A stretch of 64,000 nt of DNA from Azolla caroliniana. Lineage: Eukaryota; Plantae; Polypodiophyta. The stretch lies in assembly GCA_043228905.1 (NCBI GenBank), contig JBHGNT010000004.1, forward strand, positions 21,824,001 to 21,888,000. The letters are read 5' to 3'. Shown here in pieces: positions 50,706 through 62,448 of this stretch. Position 1 is the first letter of the stretch; each line of letters begins with the position of its first letter. The notes under the pieces were generated by a model that saw only the letters and a list, made by a program, of their open reading frames with translations, did no database searches and was not told the origin of the DNA. The translations under genes were made by a program, and so were the position numbers.

Positions 50706-53700
50706 AGGGGCCGAGAAGGGTTCGACGTACAAGGTACTGTCCCACGGGCGTGCCATGTGTTACCGGCCGGCAAGGAGTCCAAAATACGGAGTGAAGGAAT
50801 TAATTAAGTATGGTTGTAAATAAGCATAGTGTGGACGGACGGACTGGAAACGGTATGCCGTTCCAGATCCGGACGGATCCCGAATGGGTGCGATAGGCAC
50901 CGTTTTGTACTACGGGCCGGAAACCTATTTAAAGGCCCGGACCCCATTCTAATAGCAGCGGATAATTAATAGAGCATATGGTGTTTATACTTCTGTGTTG
51001 ATTTCCGTTCTGTAATTACTGTATATCTTACACGTGTAAGTAACCAAAGCATTCTAATCGTGTAACTTACGTAAGTCGGTGTAATCGTTGAATCTTAATC
51101 CTATGCCGTAATCACCCTTTGGTGAAGTGTCTCCGTGACACCTTGTGTTAGGCCTTGTCCGGCTAGTGAATAACAGATCGCGGGGAGTTGGATGCCGAAG
51201 AGGCCGAGGAGCTGTTCGACCGGCTAGGAGTCAAGCTCTCGCTTACCACTGCGTACAATCCGGAGGCGAATGGGAAGGTGGAGCGCGGACACGGACCGAT
51301 TGTCAAGGCGTTAGTTCGGGCATGCGGAGGTCAAGTCGGGAACTGGCCGCGGCTGTTGCCTTACGCGTTGTGGGCGGACCGAACTACGCACAGTTCGGTA
51401 ACCGGATTTATGCCCGCAGAGCTCATGTTTGGGCAGAAGCCGATCATGCCAATGGAACGTACGATCTCCTCATGGGCAACCGTGGACTGGAGAGACGAGA
51501 TGAGCCGGGAGGAACTGTTGATGGCGCGCATACGGCAGCTCGAGCGAAGACCAGAGGACGTAGAGCGAGCTACTGAAAAGCTTCGAGTGGCAAGGACGAG
51601 GAACAAAGCCCGGTTCGACCGAAGAAGATCGAGGAAGGCGACTGGGTGCTAGTCTACGACAGCAGCCTCGACAACCAGCACCAAGCAACACGGAAGTTCG
51701 CAAGAAGGTGGTTCGGGCCTTACGTGGTACAAAGCACCAACGACAACGGGACGTACCATCTAGCGGAGCTTGACGGCACGAGAATGGCGATACCAGTAGC
51801 TGGGAAGCGGATCAAAGCGTTCAAGAAGCGTCACGACAACGAGCCGGATCCGGATAACCTGGACCGGGACGACGAACGATCCGAAACCGAAGAAGAACCG
51901 ATGGGTGGGGAATAAAGGCTGGACCGGTTTTCTCCGTCCCAACTCAATTTGGCGCATGCCGGTGGATGCGCGGTTAGGTGGGGGCGGATGTCGTGAAGAA
52001 AACCGTCCACAAGCGGAATCGGTGCACCGGAGCGTAGGAACCGGCTCTTCATACACGTGCGCCTTATGTTGTACATAGAAGATCCTCGGTAGGTAGGAAG
52101 TTAATAGGAAACGGCTCCTTCCTTGCCTATAAAAGGAGGGAGACAAGGAGGGGGGGGGGGATCGCGAAGTAAGGGAGGACGAAGTGCTGTCGGATTGTGG
52201 GCCGAAGGCTTCTCTCTTCCAAACTCCATAGCTTCTTTCTGTGCAGGTTTCGGGAGGCTCGCGCTGCTCTGAGGAATGCCCGAGTGCTTCCGACAGCACC
52301 TCCAACCTACTTCTTCCTTTCTGTATGTTTACGAACAGGCATCGGCATCTGTTCGCCGGCCTGTTCGGTTGTAACCAACTTCGTGCTTGTTGTTTGTCTT
52401 GTTTATATTTATTTCTACATACATTCGTGTCTCTCTGTGTCGTTGTTGCACTCGCGTTTCTGTGTCGAAGGGCCGTGTCCCTGTGAATCTACGCTCGCAC
52501 CTTGTGGGTCTCTTCCCCTCCCCTTTTCTCTCTTGCTCTTCGGTACAGGACCCCCGAGGTCCCGCCTCATTCCACGCATCCGCAAAGGATACCTCGACAA
52601 CGTGTTCATCCCCAGGGAGAAAAGGACCAAGTTGGCACCCCATGCGATGAAATGCATATTTCTCGATTATGGAACCGATAGGGACTTCAGCTACCAGTTA
52701 TGGAACCCTGAGAACCGGAAACTAATCTGGAGCAGTGACGTAGTCTTCAATGAAGACTCTATCTTCTCTTAGCGGAACCAACAAAAAATAGTTGGTAAAA
52801 AGGTATCCTTCGAAGCCGATAGAAGGACCATCCCACCAAGCCAAATCGGAGATTCGACATACAATCGAACTCGAACAAGCTGACAATATACCTGCTGACT
52901 CCGAATTGGTAGGAGGTTCACTCATCGAACTCGAAGACAAAGCCATCAAAGACAAAGTTGATTCGACAAGAGTCGAACAAGACAAAGTCAACAGGATGCA
53001 AGCTGGAAATAGAACCGAGTTGACAAAGTCCATAGGGGAGAACAACGTGACACCACCAAAATCCCAACTTGGGGGTCGGTCATCTAACAAGACTCCCGAT
53101 ACAACTGGTTCAACAAATGCCTATCGACCAATAAAGCCGATCGAAGGATCTGAACCAGTCATTTCGGCACTAAGGAGATGTGGACGAGTTCGAAGGCCAA
53201 TGGAATTCTATCAATTGGGCCTCGACTATGTCAATTACACCGATGCAGGTGAATCAAGCACATATGAAGACTTTTATATGTCTCAACCAATAGGCTTCAC
53301 GGCGATGGTGGAGGAAAGGCACCTTGTATGCCGCTTAAAGAAAAGTCTCTATGGCGTGAAACAAGCGTCGAGGATGTGGTACTAGAAGTTTGACTCCTAC
53401 ATTAGGCAGCTTGGATACTGTCGATCAAACTCCGACCCATGTATGTACATTTGGCAACTGGTCGACGAGTCTAGGATTTATCTGATCCTATATGTCGTCG
53501 ACATGCTAATTGTAGGTAGCAATCAAGCAGAGATTGGAAAGCTAAAGCAAAGCCTTCATGACAAGTTTGCGATGAAGGAACTCGAACAAGTCTGTCACAT
53601 ACTGGGCATGAGGATAGAGAAAAATCGGACGACCAAGACTCTCCAACTCTCCTAGTCCGACTATATCCGGAAGGTGTTGAAGTGCTTCAACATGGAGAAT

Positions 53701-54983
53701 GCGAAGCCAACACCAACACCGCTTCCGACATTCATCAGACTATTAGACAAAGACTCTCGTTCAACGGACAAGGAGAGAGAGCTTAATGGAAAGATGCCCT
53801 ACGCATCGGTCGTAGGAAGTATCATGTACACAATGGTGGCGACCTGACCCGACCTAGCCTATGTCGTAGGGGTGGTCAGCCAGTACATATCAAATCCGGG
53901 ACAGAAGCATTGGGAGTCCGTCAAGCACATCTTCATGTACCTGAGAGGGACCGAAGATACACAACTGACTTTCGGTTTGACAATCTCAACCGAAACCGAA
54001 GGCTACACTGACTCCAACTATGCTGGAAATATGGACAATCGGAAGTCAACATCTGGCTATATCTTCACCTATGGTGATGGTGCTATATCATGGAGCTCGA
54101 AACTTCAAGATTGCACAACCCTGTCAACCACGGAGGCCGAATGCATAGCAACATCGGAGGCAGTGAAGGAAGCGATCTAGCTGCAACGATTGTCTGTCGA
54201 TTTTTCAGCTACAAGCCAAATCAACCAACTAACGGTGACCATCTATTGCGACTCACAGAGCACAATACACCTCATCAACAATTGTGTCTATCATGCAAAG
54301 ACGAAGCATATTGAGGTGCAATATCATCACATCCGGGAGCTCATAACTAAGAAGAAGCTCGAAATTCGGAAGATCAACACTGAGGTGAACATCGTCGATT
54401 GCCTGACAAAGCCACTCCCAGATCAACGCTTCGGAGCGCTAAGGAAAAAGATGGGACTGCAAGAAGCGACCGAGCAAAAGAAGGTCGAACGAGGAGCAGG
54501 AGGTAAGTCGAACCGATTGACTCAGATAAGTCAATCTGACAGACTAGCCGAACCAGGCTAGACATTGAACATATCTTTGTAGACTCGGCCACATGCCGAC
54601 TGACTTGTAAATATCTTGTAATCTAGGTTTATGGGGGAGATAACCCCAAACACATGTGCATGTAGAAAAGAGTAGTCCTTTTATGGGTGAGTTTGTTGGC
54701 ATAAAAGGCCGACTCCTTCCACTTTGTATCTGAGTGTGAACTCGTCCAAAGAGTTAGGGCTTATTATATAAGAGATAACCTAACATTGTAAAGAGAGACC
54801 TTTGGATCATTCTTGTATAGTGTCTCTAAGAGAGAGAGAGAGAACGTAATAACAAAGCTTCCATTAAAGCTAAAACTGCATATATCTTCTGTTTATTCTC
54901 TTGCCTTCCTTCTGTGTTGTTTGCTGAGCACATACGACTGATCCTCACACATACGTTTCCACAGATATTTGATATTCAGGTTG

Positions 54984-57706
54984 AACCTGATATCAGTCGG
55001 TCGGCTAGATGATGAAGGCTACACCAGAAGTATCCTGAACGGAATCATGAAGTTCAACAAAGGGAGCGTGATCGTGGCTCGAGCCCGACATATCAACACG
55101 TTGTACCTGATGCATGTCGGGAAGAAGTGAACGTGGTATTTGACACTATCGGTGAGCTTTGGCACAAAAGGTTGTGCCACATGAGCCAAAAGGGAATGCG
55201 GAGACTTGCCGAAGATAACCTCATTCCAGAGGTGAAAGACGTGCAGCTTGAGAAGTGCATCGATTGCTTGGCCGGCAAGAAAAACTGAAGCTCTTTCCGG
55301 ACAAGACCATCGATGAGACGGAATGCATCGCTGGAACTTGTGCATATTGATGTATGCCAAGTGGACACGAAGTCATATGTTGGATCGCAGTACTTCGTGA
55401 CGTTCATAGATGACCACAGCCGGAAGTTGTGGGTCTCACCGCTGAAGATGAAGGATGAGGTATTGACCGTCTTCAAGCAATTCCACGTGAGAGTGGAAAG
55501 AGAAACCAGCCAAATGATGAAGGCAATTTGAGCAGACAACAGAGGCAAATACTGAGGGTAGTTCAAGGAGTATTGTTGGTCAAAGGGAATCCGGCTCGAA
55601 TTCATAGTGCTGAAGACACCGGAGCTGAATGGATTGGCCGAAAGGATGAACCGGTCCGTAATGGAGAGAGTCAAGAGTATGCTTGCACATGCCAAGCTGT
55701 CCAAGATGTTTTGGGCTAAGGCATATGTAATAAATAGATCACCCTCTGCACCCTTGGACGGGGACACACCGCAGAGAGTAAGGACCGGTAAAGACATATT
55801 CTACCGGCATCTGAAGGTGTTCAACTGTCTCGCCTACGTACGCGTAGCAAAGGATAAGAGAGAAAAATTGGATCCAAAGTCCCGACCATGCATATTCCTT
55901 GGATACGGCAATGATGAGTTTGGCTATCGAGTGTGGGACTTGGTCAACAAGAAGGTTTTCCGGAGTTGGGACATAGTCTTCATGGAACACAAAACCATTG
56001 TCGATTGGAAGTCAGAGAAGAAGATGACGGGCTCCGAATCGACCGACCGAAATCGGTTGGAAGATGTAAGGACACATCCAGTCAGAAGCCAAATGTCAAC
56101 CGAAGACTATGATGACCTGCCTGGATTCGGACAAAGAACCGAATCGACCGAAGAAGAAGATTTGGACACCGGAATTGGATAAGACCCCGAATTGGATTCG
56201 GATGAAGAAAAAACGGAGGGACCGGTGGTCGAGAACTAGGGAAGAAGATATCCTCTCAGGGAGAGAAGATCCCCCCAGAGATTTCTGGATGCAAAGCATG
56301 TGTTGCTGACTGACGAGGGGGACTGGAAAGCTTCAAAGAAGCAAAGAAAGACATCCACATCCACAAGTGGTTAAGTGCCATGCAAGATGAGATGGATTCC
56401 CTGCATGAGAACCACACATACGAATTGATGGAACTGCCGAAAGAAAATAGAGCTCTCCGGAACAAGTGGGTGTACAAGGTGAAACTGGGAGACGCCGGAA
56501 ATCCACCGAGGTACAAAGGCCGCATCGTGGTGAAGGGGTTTCAACAGAAGAAAGGAGTGGATTTGAATGAGATTTTTTCCCCGATAATGAAGATGATATC
56601 CATCCGGACTGTGTTGAGCAACTATACGTCAAGACATTGTTCCTACATGGTGTCCTCGATGAAGAGATCTACATGCAACAACTAGAAGGATTCGTCCAGA
56701 AAGGGAAGGAGCACCTGGTGTGCGAGTTGAAGAAGAGCTTATACGGACTGAAGCAAGCTCCCCGACAATGGTACCAAAAGTTCGACTCCTTCATGACCGA
56801 CCAAGGGTACCACAAGATGCACGCCGACCATTGCGTGTTCATGAAGAAATTTGACGAAGGCGACTTCCTGATACTCCTACTGTATGTGGACGACATGCTG
56901 ATCATCGGACTGGACCAGAATAAAAATCGGGAATCTGAAGAAGGCCTTGAACCGCACCTTCTCAATGAAAGATTTGGGTCCGGCGAGACAAATATTGGGA
57001 AAGCACATTGTCCGAGACCGGACGAAGAAGCTATTGTGGTTGTCACAGGAGAAGTACGTGACAAAGGTGCTCAAATGATTCAGCATGACGAATGCAAAGC
57101 CGGTCCGATCGACACTTCTGGCTAACTGCAAGCTGTCCAGGAAACAAAGCCTAAAGATCAAGATGGAAAAGTCAGAGATGATGAAGGTACCATATGCCTC
57201 TGCCATCGAAAGCCTGATGTAGGGAATGGTGTGTACCTGGCCAAACATCGTATGCAATTGGAGTTGTAAGCCGGTTTATGAGCAATCCGCCGAAAGGACC
57301 ATTGGGCAGCAGTCAAGTGGATACTCCAGTACCGAAAGGCACCTCGAGCTTGTGCCTCCGATTCGGCTCAAGTAAACCCCAACTAGAAGGCTTTATGGAT
57401 TGAGACATGTCGGTTGATGTAGATACCAGCCAGTCTACATCCGGATACGTCATGACATATGTAAGGGGAGTTGTATCGTGGTAGTCGAGGTTGCAGAAGT
57501 CCGTTGCACTATCAACAACGGAAGCGGAGTACATGGCAGCCGGAAAAGAGGTAATCTAGATGAAGGACTTCATCGGAGAGCTAGGGATCCAATAGGAGGA
57601 ATTTCGGCTCTATTGCGACAGTCAAAGTGTCATCCACCTCGCGAAGAATGCGGCCTATCATTCTCGGACCAAGCACATCCAGAGGAGATATCCCTGGCTC
57701 TGGAAG
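54984..57706 (+). pseudogene. pol: C3 pol (INT, RT, RH), degraded
   Basis: HIDVCQVD, NKWVYKVK, LKKSLYGLKQAPRQW, LLYVDDML, HSRTKHI. Confidence 0.9.
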
Positions 57707-58865
57707 TGTGAATAATACAATGGAGCAATTATGCTCATGATGTTAGCTTAAAGCTATAAAGAACAATAATTGTATATTGGACATGTTGGTTAACCCATAA
57801 CTCTCGATTATAACACAAGAGGTCACAAGTTCGGATCTTGACATGACCCTTGTCATGTCCGTAACATTATCCCCTGCGGCCAAATAATAGAGTTTTCGGT
57901 GTAGAAGCATGGAGTCCAAGATTTCTTCAACTTCATACTCATTACCAGACTCTAACTCGATGGGCGGTCGTCGAGCGGGTTGTCTCCCGGGAAGTACATA
58001 AGGATGGTAAACCTCCAAGAGAGATACATGAAAAACATCATGGAATCTGTGATAGTGGGGAGGAAGGTCGAGCCGATAGGCCACAAGATTGATACACTCA
58101 GAGATGCAGAAGGGGCCCAATTTTGTGTAATCTAGCTTGGCACATGGTCGTAATATTGCGCCGTAGTAGCCAAACCATGTCACCTACATGAAAGTTGGGC
58201 GCCGGAGCCCATAGATGGTTGGCGGTTGCCTTTTGTTGGTCTTGCGCATTAACGAGCTTGACAAAAGTTAGATCTTGGTGGATTTCTTTTAGACGACGTG
58301 CCCGCTCTTCAATCGAGGGGTTCACCAAACTTGAGGGAAGGGATATGCTAAAGCGAGGTTGGAAACCAAAGTTGGCAAAGAATGGGGAGGTGCCAATGGA
58401 TGAATTAAGGGTGTTATTATAAGCGAATTCAGCCAACGGGAGGAACGTAGTCCAATCGTCTTGCTGGTAACTCAACACACATCGCAGATATTGCGCTAGT
58501 ACCTGATTTACGCGTTTCGTTTGCCTGTCTGTTTGTGGATGGAAAGTTGTTGATAACTTGGTGGTGGTACCGAGAATATGGAAGAGAGGATTCCAAAAAT
58601 GGGAAATAAATGGGGCACCACGATCGGAGATGATGTCATCAAGCAACCCATGGAGGTGCACAACATTTGCCAAGCTTAGATCCGTTGTCTCTAAGCTTGA
58701 GATGGATTTGGAACATGGTATAAAATGCGACATTTTGGTAAATCGGTCCACAACTACCAAGATGGAGTCATGTCCCTCAGAGAATGGCAAGTTAGTGATG
58801 AAGTCCATAGAGATGGATGACCACGGCCGATCCAGTAATGGGAGAGGTCAATCATGGCCATGGAA
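57707..58865 (-). mobile_element. Truncated second chromovirus (INT, chromodomain, PPT, partial 3' LTR)
   Basis: MDFITNLP...VDRFTKMSHF, ISDRG, EYEVEEILDS. PPT GGGGATAA, then TGTTAC at 57866. Confidence 0.85.
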
Positions 58866-58986
58866 AGGGTTGTTGAATATTCCTTCAATATTGCAATAAA
58901 TATCAATTTCCCAACAATTTCTTCCAAACAATGAAAATATCATTTATGGACAACGACTTGGCAAGTAGATATGTGTATTATGCATG

Positions 58987-59492
58987 TAGCAATGGGCACG
59001 GTTCGGTTTCAAGGCAAAGAAACCGAACCGTTTATTTAAAACAAAAACCAAACCAAACCGTTTATGAACTCTCAATATTTAAACCGAACCATTTAATAAA
59101 AAAATAAAATCGAACGAGTTATGTCAAACTAATTAAACATCTAAATAAACAAAATACATTAAATTAAATTAGCATTTAAGTTAAATTTATTAAATCAATA
59201 AAAAAAACTTTAATTGAACCATTAAATTAAATAAACATTTAAGATAAATTAATTAAATCAATAAAAAACCAATAATTAAACCATTAAATCAATAAACTAT
59301 TAAGGTAAAAAAACAATTAACCAAAAACTTATAAACCTTTAAACCAAACCTATAAACCCGAGTTTTAAAACCGAACCGAAACTATTTGTCAAAAATCCAA
59401 ACCAAACCATTAAATATTTTTGGAACCAATAAACCGTTAAACTATGGCTTAATGGTTCGGTTTGGTTTGAGCCGAAACCGTGCCCATTGTTA
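58987..59492. mobile_element. hAT-type MITE
   Basis: 17-bp TIR TA(G/A)CAATGGGCACGGTT. Perfect 8-bp TSD TATGCATG. Subterminal AACCG/AACCA repeats. AT-rich core. Confidence 0.92.
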
Positions 59493-60118
59493 TATGCATG
59501 GCATGGAACCTTGAAACTTCTATTTAGTTTTAATCACATAGAATAGTAATTGTGAAGAGATGACTAGATGTTCCTGAACTTTAATAGACATGTAAAGATA
59601 ACATACAAGATGCAACGCATTTGGATGTAATAAACAATAATATTATCATTAATTTGGGCCACATAATGGAGTTACCAATTGACCTCTTACAATGGGGTAT
59701 CTTATACCTAAGGTTAAGTTGTTAGTAATTGACTCTTCCATTCATCACATGATTCCAAGAAGCTCTAATATCAACAATCAGACCTTGATTTATGCTCATA
59801 GCTCATAGATATAAAAAAACTATGTGAAAGCATCATAAAGGGGAACTACAAACAACATTCTCGAGGTATAAAAGGAAGTACATTGTCAAAGGTTTTACAT
59901 ACGATGTAAAATATCGTACAATTTTGGGTACTTGTGATTATGGTTGAACCTTGGTGTCAATCACATAATCAATGTGACCATATCAATTAAAAAATGACAA
60001 TTGCTTGTCATAAAAAACGAGACTATTATGCCGAATGTTGTTATGAATATCATACATCCAGAATAAACCTAATTGGGCTACCTTTTTCTCATCCAAAATA
60101 TGTTCACTTTCACTCCAC

Positions 60119-60780
60119 CTAATCTAGAAGTATTGAATGTGGTATTCTTAATGTTGGAATAGCTATGATAGGTTGTGTACGAGATGCCACTGCTCCAAAT
60201 TTCTCAGACATATCCACTGCATTGGAGCCACTTGAAAGTGTCCAATCAAAGGTATGCACAAGGTTGGAGAGGGTGAGTTCAATAATAAGAAGAGCGAGGG
60301 GCTTTCCTGGGCAAGCTCGTCTCCCCATCCCGAATGAGAGGATATGAGATTTATAATCAAATTTTGTTTCATTGAAGTTCATATCACAAAATCTTTCAGG
60401 AATGAACTTATGAGGTTGAGTCCATACTTGGGGATCATTTGCAATCGCCCATGCATTCACAAAAACTCTAGTGCCTTGGGGTATGTCATATCCACCCAAT
60501 TTGCATGCTTTAGTTGATATGCGTGGAAGTAGTAAAGGTGCGGGCATGTGCCTACGAAATGTCTCTTTTATCACTGCTTTGAAGTATGGTAAGTTTGGCA
60601 AGTCTGCAGTCGTTACTAATCTTCCTTCACCTACCACATGATTTATCTCTTGTTTTAGCTTTGTTAGAATATGTTTATTGGACAATAACTCTGCAATTGC
60701 CCAATCAAGGGTCACTGATGAAGTGTCGATCCCTGCCGCAAGAAGTTCCTACAAAATGTCATCACATATTTGAAACTTTT

Positions 60781-60824
<44 letters not shown>

Positions 60825-62265
60825 GGTTAGGTGGTTTACATAGTAGCATCAAAGTCATAAATCTCAAGAAACCAAAGTTCCACCTTTGCCATGGGTTAGG
60901 CCTCTATCACATTTTGGGACTTCTTAGTAGTGAACCTATGAACAAGTTTCACCTTTCCAACATTGGAACCAATGTTTTGGTGAGCTAAAATATCCTTTTT
61001 TCCTAATTTTCTTGGCCAAATAGGACGCCAAGTCAAAAGAGGTCATTCACTCACTCTCTCTATCTCTATCTCAAGATACTAATATGGGTTTCATGAACAA
61101 GGCCCTAGTGTAGAACATGACCCCCAAAGGTGCACTTCCTAGATATACATACACTTTGTTTGGATGAACTAACATGAAATCTAACTAAGTGTGATGGAAA
61201 GGTAAAGTCTAGACAAGACACTATGGTAACTATAAAGAGTGACCAACTCTTGGCAAAGGTCAATGAATGAGACACTACCAACAATTACATTGTTATATCA
61301 TCGTGGACTTCCTCAACAACATATGTATATGTAGAGAGAGAGAGCCTCACCATGAGAACAGCCTTCACTTTGTCTCTGCTAAAATCCTTGGTGGCCAGGA
61401 GCTCGGTCACAAACGCGTTGGGGGGCAAGGGGTCATTGCTAGATTCGATATGTTGTATCGCGGCTTCTAGAAGGTTCTCGAACGAAGAATGCCAAGTGTC
61501 CATGGCGCGCTTGATCGGGTAGTCAAGGAAGCCGAGGAGAGGGATGAAGTCCCCAATGACGCCAGATTGGAAGAGTATGACGAATTGGCGGAGGATGTGG
61601 CGGAAGTTCGTGGGGCCACTAGTGGCCGAGGAATTCGGGTGAGGCGAGCAGAGTAAGGAATTGGCGAGGGGTTGGCCGAAGAGTATGCGCGATATAATGT
61701 TCTCGAGGAGGGATCGAATCGTGGACGAGAGGTCGAGGGGAGCGCCCGCTCGGGTCTGGCTGATTCGGTTGAGCATATGCCGGACCTCATCTCCGATGAT
61801 GGGCTGCCACATCGAGTGGATGCGGTGTGCGGAGAAGAGGCGGAGCGTGTAGAGCGTCTTGGTGCGGTGCCATCCCGCGGTGCACGGGCTGTTGAAGACC
61901 GCGAGCTCCTGCCGGCCATAGAAGAGGCGCCGGAGGCTCTCCAGGGGCGGCCGGCATGCCAACAACTTGTCATTGGTGTGGAGTACCTCGTGTGCGAGCG
62001 AGGCGTCGGAGATGACCACGGCCGGGATGCATCCTAGCTGGAGGTGCATGATTGGTCCGTACCGTGCGGCCAAGCGAGCCAGTGTCCGGTAGGGCGTGGG
62101 GCCTCGGAGGTGGAGGAGGTTGCCTAGGATAGGCAACCCAAGTGGCCCAGGAGGCCTGGGTTCAACAACACCTCCTTCCACCTTGGTGGTGCCCTTCACA
62201 AACCATAAGATCACTAGTATTAAGGTAGCTAGTATCATGATCATGCTCATATATTGATCCTCCAT
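60119..62265 (-). CDS. Cytochrome P450, A-type / CYP71 clan, 2 exons (62265-61351, 60748-60119), about 514 aa
   Basis: N-terminal TM helix, PPGP, AGIDTS I-helix, ETFR, PERF, FGMGRRACPG. Phase-0 GT-AG intron before the I-helix, the usual clan-71 position. No stops. Confidence 0.95.
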
Positions 62266-62413
62266 TGCGACTGTCAATATGTATTGTAAGTGTATTGTAT
62301 TGTAATTTGTATTGTATGTCTCTTAGGCCCTTTTGTTCTTGTATAGTGTTTTCCAAAAGCCAAGCATATATAGCTCATAATTTTATAATAAATTCCACCC
62401 CCCTCCCCAACAC

Positions 62414-62414
<1 letters not shown>

Positions 62415-62447
<33 letters not shown>
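62415..62447. repeat. (CA)n microsatellite upstream of the P450
   Basis: Seen directly. Confidence 0.9.

Positions 62448-62448
<1 letters not shown>

Larger units (their letters stand above)
37675..51175 (+). mobile_element. G2: Athila/Tat-like (OTA) gypsy without an additional RNase H, with an extra 3' ORF, inserted in the G1 integrase
   Basis: Perfect TSD GATCG. 5' LTR 37675-37820 plus 41489-41760, 3' LTR 50758-51175 (TGTTA...TAACA). PBS TGGCGACCACG at 41767, tRNA-Arg-like. Confidence 0.9.
32155..52599 (+). mobile_element. G1: autonomous-type non-chromovirus Ty3/gypsy, tRNA-Trp PBS (Phygy/Selgy-like; lineage unverified)
   Basis: 611-bp LTRs 32155-32765 and 51989-52599 (TGTCG...CGACA). PBS TGGTGAACCCGACGTGA 32769-32785. 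4-bp TSD ACGC/ACGT; removing the element restores copia CEAYVFIP. Confidence 0.92.
29751..54978 (+). mobile_element. C5: older Ty1/copia (Tnt1/Tork-like) inserted in C3
   Basis: Diverged LTRs 29751-30045 and 54694-54978 (TGTTGGC...TTCA). PBS TGGTATCAAAAC 30048-30059. Decayed TSD AATTG/GGTTG. Coding pieces 30144-32154 and 52604-54561. Confidence 0.85.
6107..57706 (+). mobile_element. C3: Ty1/copia (Tork/Tto1-like) element hosting most of the nest; 3' end lost
   Basis: Split 5' LTR at 6107-6281 (TGTTGGGA) and 20184-20513. PBS TGGTATTAGAGC 20517-20528. Gag-pol pieces at 20529-21494, 29602-29750 and 54984-57706 rejoin across the TSDs. No 3' LTR seen. Confidence 0.75.

Noticed and set aside
60712-60735. 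Second hammerhead core (CTGATGA)
   Set aside because: It is antisense P450 I-helix coding sequence with no stem II/GAAA arrangement.
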